Positions 61,116-64,000 of a stretch of DNA of 64,000 nucleotides are shown piece after piece (within the stretch, counting starts at the first letter, position 1; every line of letters starts with the position of its first letter). The notes under the pieces are model-generated. The model had not been told where the DNA came from. It saw only the letters and a list, made by a program, of their open reading frames with translations, and ran no database searches. The translations under genes and the position numbers were made by a program. The DNA lies in contig JAFWDK010000008.1 in the NCBI GenBank assembly GCA_017513085.1, positions 9,000 through 72,999 of the forward strand, read 5' to 3'. This DNA is from Clostridiales bacterium (GTDB lineage: Bacteria; Bacillota; Clostridia; Saccharofermentanales; Saccharofermentanaceae).

Positions 61116-61198
61116 CCCGGACATTGTGATTTCAAATTTCGCCGCGATTACGCAGGGCGAAGCCCGAGTACCAGCGGCGAAATTTGCAAATCACAATG
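61116..61198. repeat. Intergenic structured repeat, copy 2, with full-length inverted-repeat arms
   Basis: CCCGGACATTGTGATTTCAAATTTCGCCGC..GCGGCGAAATTTGCAAATCACAATG. The ~24-nt arms have one bulge and enclose a nested GGGC-GAA-GCCC hairpin. The right arm contains the stop codon (61191-61193) of the decarboxylase gene. Confidence 0.85.
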
Positions 61199-62312
61199 TT
61201 TCTAAATACTTCATAAAATTCTCTTTGTTTTCCAGTGCTGTCGTGGTCGGGCGGCCAAGATCTTCGCGCGCTCCGATGGAACACATAACTTCGATCAGAC
61301 AGAGCTCATCCATCTCCTTGGCCACTGCCAGTTCACGATCCAGCGCGAAGAAATCCTCGACACGGATCGCATACGGATATCCGCACGCCTTCGCCACAGA
61401 AACCAGATCAACATCGCTCATTACTGTCGGCATACCACCCACCGTTTCATGCGCACCGTTATTGATCACGATATGCACGAGATTCTTCGGTTTGTTCGCT
61501 CCGATCACCGCCATGGAACCCATATGCATCAGAACCGCACCGTCACCATCGATACACCAGATCTTCTGGTTCGGCTTATTGATCGCAACTCCCAAAGCAA
61601 TGGAAGAACTGTGACCCATGGAACCGACTGTCAGGAAATCATACTTATGGCTCTGTCCGTTTGCCACTCTTGTCTCAAAAAGCTCTCGCGATGCTTTTCC
61701 TGTAGTGGAGATGATCGGGTCCTCTTCACTGACCGCCACGATATGCTGGATGATCTCTTCACGGACCATTGTATTCTCGTTACTATAAACCACCTTCTCG
61801 TCATACGAAAGCGCGCCTTTACGGATAACAAAAGCGACATCTTTGCCCGAAGAAAGGATCTCACGGAATTCATCCATCTTTGCCTTCACTTCATCGTCTG
61901 TCGTATCCTTGCCGATCGCAAAATTCGCAATACCCATATCGTCAAGAAGCTTCACGGTCACTTCACCCTGATAGATATGCTGTGGCTCATCGTGGATGCC
62001 GGGCTCGCCTCTCCAACCGATAATAAACACGGTCGGGATCGCATACACCTTATCATTCAGAAGACTGGCCACCGGATTGATGATATTGCCTTCACCGGAA
62101 TTCTGCATATAGACGACAGGCACTTTTCCGGTAGCAAGATGGTAACCTGCCGCCAAAGCCGTACAGTTGCCCTCATTTGCCGCGATCACATGATGATGCG
62201 CATCAATGCCGTAAGTATGCATAAGGTAATTGCAAAGTGCTTTTAATTGGGAATCCGGAACTCCTGTATAAAAATCCGAACCAATGATCTGAACCAGTTT
62301 TTCAACTTTCAT
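61191..62312 (-). CDS. aepY: Phosphonopyruvate decarboxylase
   Basis: FYTGVPDSQLKALCNYL..AANEGNCTALAAGYHLATGK..WCIDGDGAVLMHMGSMAVIG is a TPP enzyme of the Ppd family. It lies directly downstream of PEP mutase. Confidence 0.88.
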   Translation of the reverse strand: MKVEKLVQIIGSDFYTGVPDSQLKALCNYLMHTYGIDAHHHVIAANEGNCTALAAGYHLATGKVPVVYMQNSGEGNIINPVASLLNDKVYAIPTVFIIGWRGEPGIHDEPQHIYQGEVTVKLLDDMGIANFAIGKDTTDDEVKAKMDEFREILSSGKDVAFVIRKGALSYDEKVVYSNENTMVREEIIQHIVAVSEEDPIISTTGKASRELFETRVANGQSHKYDFLTVGSMGHSSSIALGVAINKPNQKIWCIDGDGAVLMHMGSMAVIGANKPKNLVHIVINNGAHETVGGMPTVMSDVDLVSVAKACGYPYAIRVEDFFALDRELAVAKEMDELCLIEVMCSIGAREDLGRPTTTALENKENFMKYLETL

Positions 62313-62330
62313 TTTACTATCTCCTTGACA

Positions 62331-63626
62331 TTAGATTTCGTCGATCAAAGTAATGATCTCTTTAATGGACATCAGACGGTCATCAACCTCTTTTGCCCGG
62401 TGATACTTAAGAATATCTTCCGCGGTCTTCTGCATGGCCGGAAAAGCACTTCTGGTGAGCTGGTTGGCGTAGATCACGATGTTCACGCCGTGTGCGGCCA
62501 GTTCGTCCTCGGTAATGGTATTAAAACTTGAAGGCACGACCACGATCGGGGTATGCTTGTTTTCTTCTCTGAACTTATCGCAGAACTCCAGGATCTCATC
62601 CGGCTCCTTCTTTCTGCTGTGGATCATGATTCCGTCCGCTCCGGCCTCGACAAAAGCTCTTGCCCGTGTCAGTGCGTCGTCCATGCCTTGTTCGAGGATC
62701 AGGCTTTCGATTCGTGCAATGATCATGAAATCATCCGTCAGCTGTGCTTTCTTACCTGCACGGATCTTCGCGGAAAACTCTTCAATGCTCGCCTGCGTCT
62801 GCTTCACTTCCGTTCCGAAAAGCGAGTTCTTCTTGAGTCCCGTCTTATCCTCGATAATGACAGCGGACACACCCAGTCTTTCCAGACTTCTCACCGTATA
62901 TACGAAATGCTCGGTCAATCCGCCTGTATCACCATCGAAGATGATCGGTTTTGTCGTTACCTCGGTAATATCCTCGATCGTGCGGAAACGGCTGGTCATA
63001 TCCACCAGCTCAATATCCGGTTTTCCTTTGGCCGTACTGTCGCAAAGGGAGCTGATCCACATCGCATCGAACTGATCGAGTTTCCCTTCATGCTCCACGA
63101 CCGTCTTTTCCACGATCAGACCGGTAAGACCGCTATGCGCTTCCATCGTCTTTACGATCGGTGTCATCTCGATCAGCTGGCGCAATCTCTTTCTGCGGTA
63201 TTCCGGCATACCCAGTTTCTCGCGAAGCTGCAGATCGATCTTTCTTACATTCTCGTTGAATGTATACGGAATATCCACCAATTCTCCGCCGTACTCGGCA
63301 AGCAGGTTCTCCACATGTGCCCGGATCGTGCTTTCCGGTCCCTCTTTCCAGTTATCGCCATGGACGACATAATCCGGATGGATCAAGGCGATCACATCGT
63401 CATAATGCATCTTCTCCTGGATCACGACCTTCTCCACCCCCGGGAGCGAACGGTACAGTTTCACACGCTCCTCCTGCGGGATCGTCGGGAACTTGTTATA
63501 ACGGATCAAGACCTGATCGGAAAGACATCCTACGATCACGTTTCCCAACTTCTTTGCTTCATTGATAATGTTCAGATGTCCCTCATGGATCACATCCGTG
63601 CAAAAGCATGTATAGACAGTTTTCAT
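62331..63626 (-). CDS. aepX: Fusion: HxGH-type cytidylyltransferase domain + phosphoenolpyruvate mutase
   Basis: The N-terminus VYTCFCTDVIHEGHLNIINEAKKLG is the cytidylyltransferase HxGH motif. The C-terminal domain carries the PepM signature IIEDKTGLKKNS (EDKxxxxxNS) and an isocitrate-lyase/PEP-mutase fold. Confidence 0.88.
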   Translation of the reverse strand: MKTVYTCFCTDVIHEGHLNIINEAKKLGNVIVGCLSDQVLIRYNKFPTIPQEERVKLYRSLPGVEKVVIQEKMHYDDVIALIHPDYVVHGDNWKEGPESTIRAHVENLLAEYGGELVDIPYTFNENVRKIDLQLREKLGMPEYRRKRLRQLIEMTPIVKTMEAHSGLTGLIVEKTVVEHEGKLDQFDAMWISSLCDSTAKGKPDIELVDMTSRFRTIEDITEVTTKPIIFDGDTGGLTEHFVYTVRSLERLGVSAVIIEDKTGLKKNSLFGTEVKQTQASIEEFSAKIRAGKKAQLTDDFMIIARIESLILEQGMDDALTRARAFVEAGADGIMIHSRKKEPDEILEFCDKFREENKHTPIVVVPSSFNTITEDELAAHGVNIVIYANQLTRSAFPAMQKTAEDILKYHRAKEVDDRLMSIKEIITLIDEI

Positions 63627-63703
63627 GTCTTATATCTCCTTCTTTATCGCATTTGTCGCAATAGACACATATCTCACGCGTGCCGGATCCGGCACACTAC
63701 CGC

Positions 63704-64000
63704 TCAGGAACGGTAGCCCTTCTCCTCGGAATAATGGACCGGAACCGAAACACCAGACGCTTGCAGAGCTTCTTGAAACACAACAAAGAAGTCTTCAATA
63801 TCTTTCTCATCGATCGCGCCCAGTGCGCAAAGACGGAAAGTATTGGTCGTGGAGATCTTACCGGGATAGATGGTAAATCCACGTTCATAACAATAATCAT
63901 GCACCTTCTCGAAACTCCAGTTCGGATCATCCGGATAGATTGCCGAAGAAACCAGACCTGCGCGCCATTCCGGCTTGATCACCTGACGGAAGCCAAGCTC
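63704..64000 (-). CDS. phnW: 2-aminoethylphosphonate-pyruvate transaminase, C-terminal part (N-terminus beyond window)
   Basis: The frame is open to base 64000 (..ELGFRQVIKPEWRAGLVSSAIYPDDPNWSFEKVHDYCYERGFTIYPGKISTTNTFRLCALGAID). This is the class V aminotransferase AEPT C-terminal pattern. It lies upstream of pepM and ppd. Confidence 0.8.
   Translation of the reverse strand, partial: ELGFRQVIKPEWRAGLVSSAIYPDDPNWSFEKVHDYCYERGFTIYPGKISTTNTFRLCALGAIDEKDIEDFFVVFQEALQASGVSVPVHYSEEKGYRS

Noticed and set aside
61084-61614. 176-aa + strand ORF starting in the intergenic repeat
   Set aside because: It begins inside the structured repeat and then runs antisense through the phosphonopyruvate decarboxylase gene. 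It has no RBS.
62553-63716. 387-aa + strand ORF
   Set aside because: It is antisense to the cytidylyltransferase-PEP mutase gene, which carries the EDKxxxxxNS signature on the minus strand.

Overview
64-kb chromosomal segment that looks like a Gram-positive anaerobe of the Clostridia. The Lachnospiraceae-like assignment rests only on gene content and synteny and is an inference. I call about 62 protein genes, most of them housekeeping: glgB, a 4-subunit 2-oxoacid:ferredoxin oxidoreductase operon, mscL, the ireB-ruvX-DUF1292 block, mtaB, rnr, secG, a Ca-type P-ATPase, azlCD, galM, hpt, dinB, hup and ligA. There is also a tRNA-Val/Asp/Phe operon, three ABC systems, one two-component system and several membrane proteins of unknown function. 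I saw no rRNA, CRISPR array, transposase, integrase or recognisable defence genes. Four things stand out. (1) A 1-kb gene-free gap at 36.7-37.7 kb holds a promoter-to-terminator unit on the minus strand. It encodes a purine/U-rich, hairpin-dense RNA of about 590 nt whose 5' and 3' ends pair, so it is a candidate large structured ncRNA of unassigned family. (2) The right end carries 2-aminoethylphosphonate biosynthesis genes: a phnW-like transaminase, a cytidylyltransferase-PEP mutase fusion and phosphonopyruvate decarboxylase. They converge on a TagF-like transferase and an unusual YidC + polytopic + sulfatase/LtaS-like fusion, which suggests a phosphonate-decorated cell-surface polymer locus. 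(3) Three secreted proteins with unrelated catalytic or binding domains (PASTA x2, an orphan ABC solute-binding fold, CAP/SCP) share a DUF4214 repeat module. (4) A duplicated 65-nt structured intergenic element overlaps the stop codon of the decarboxylase gene. Start codons were refined by hand from the ORF track using RBS spacing. All family assignments come from motif recognition by eye, not from database searches.
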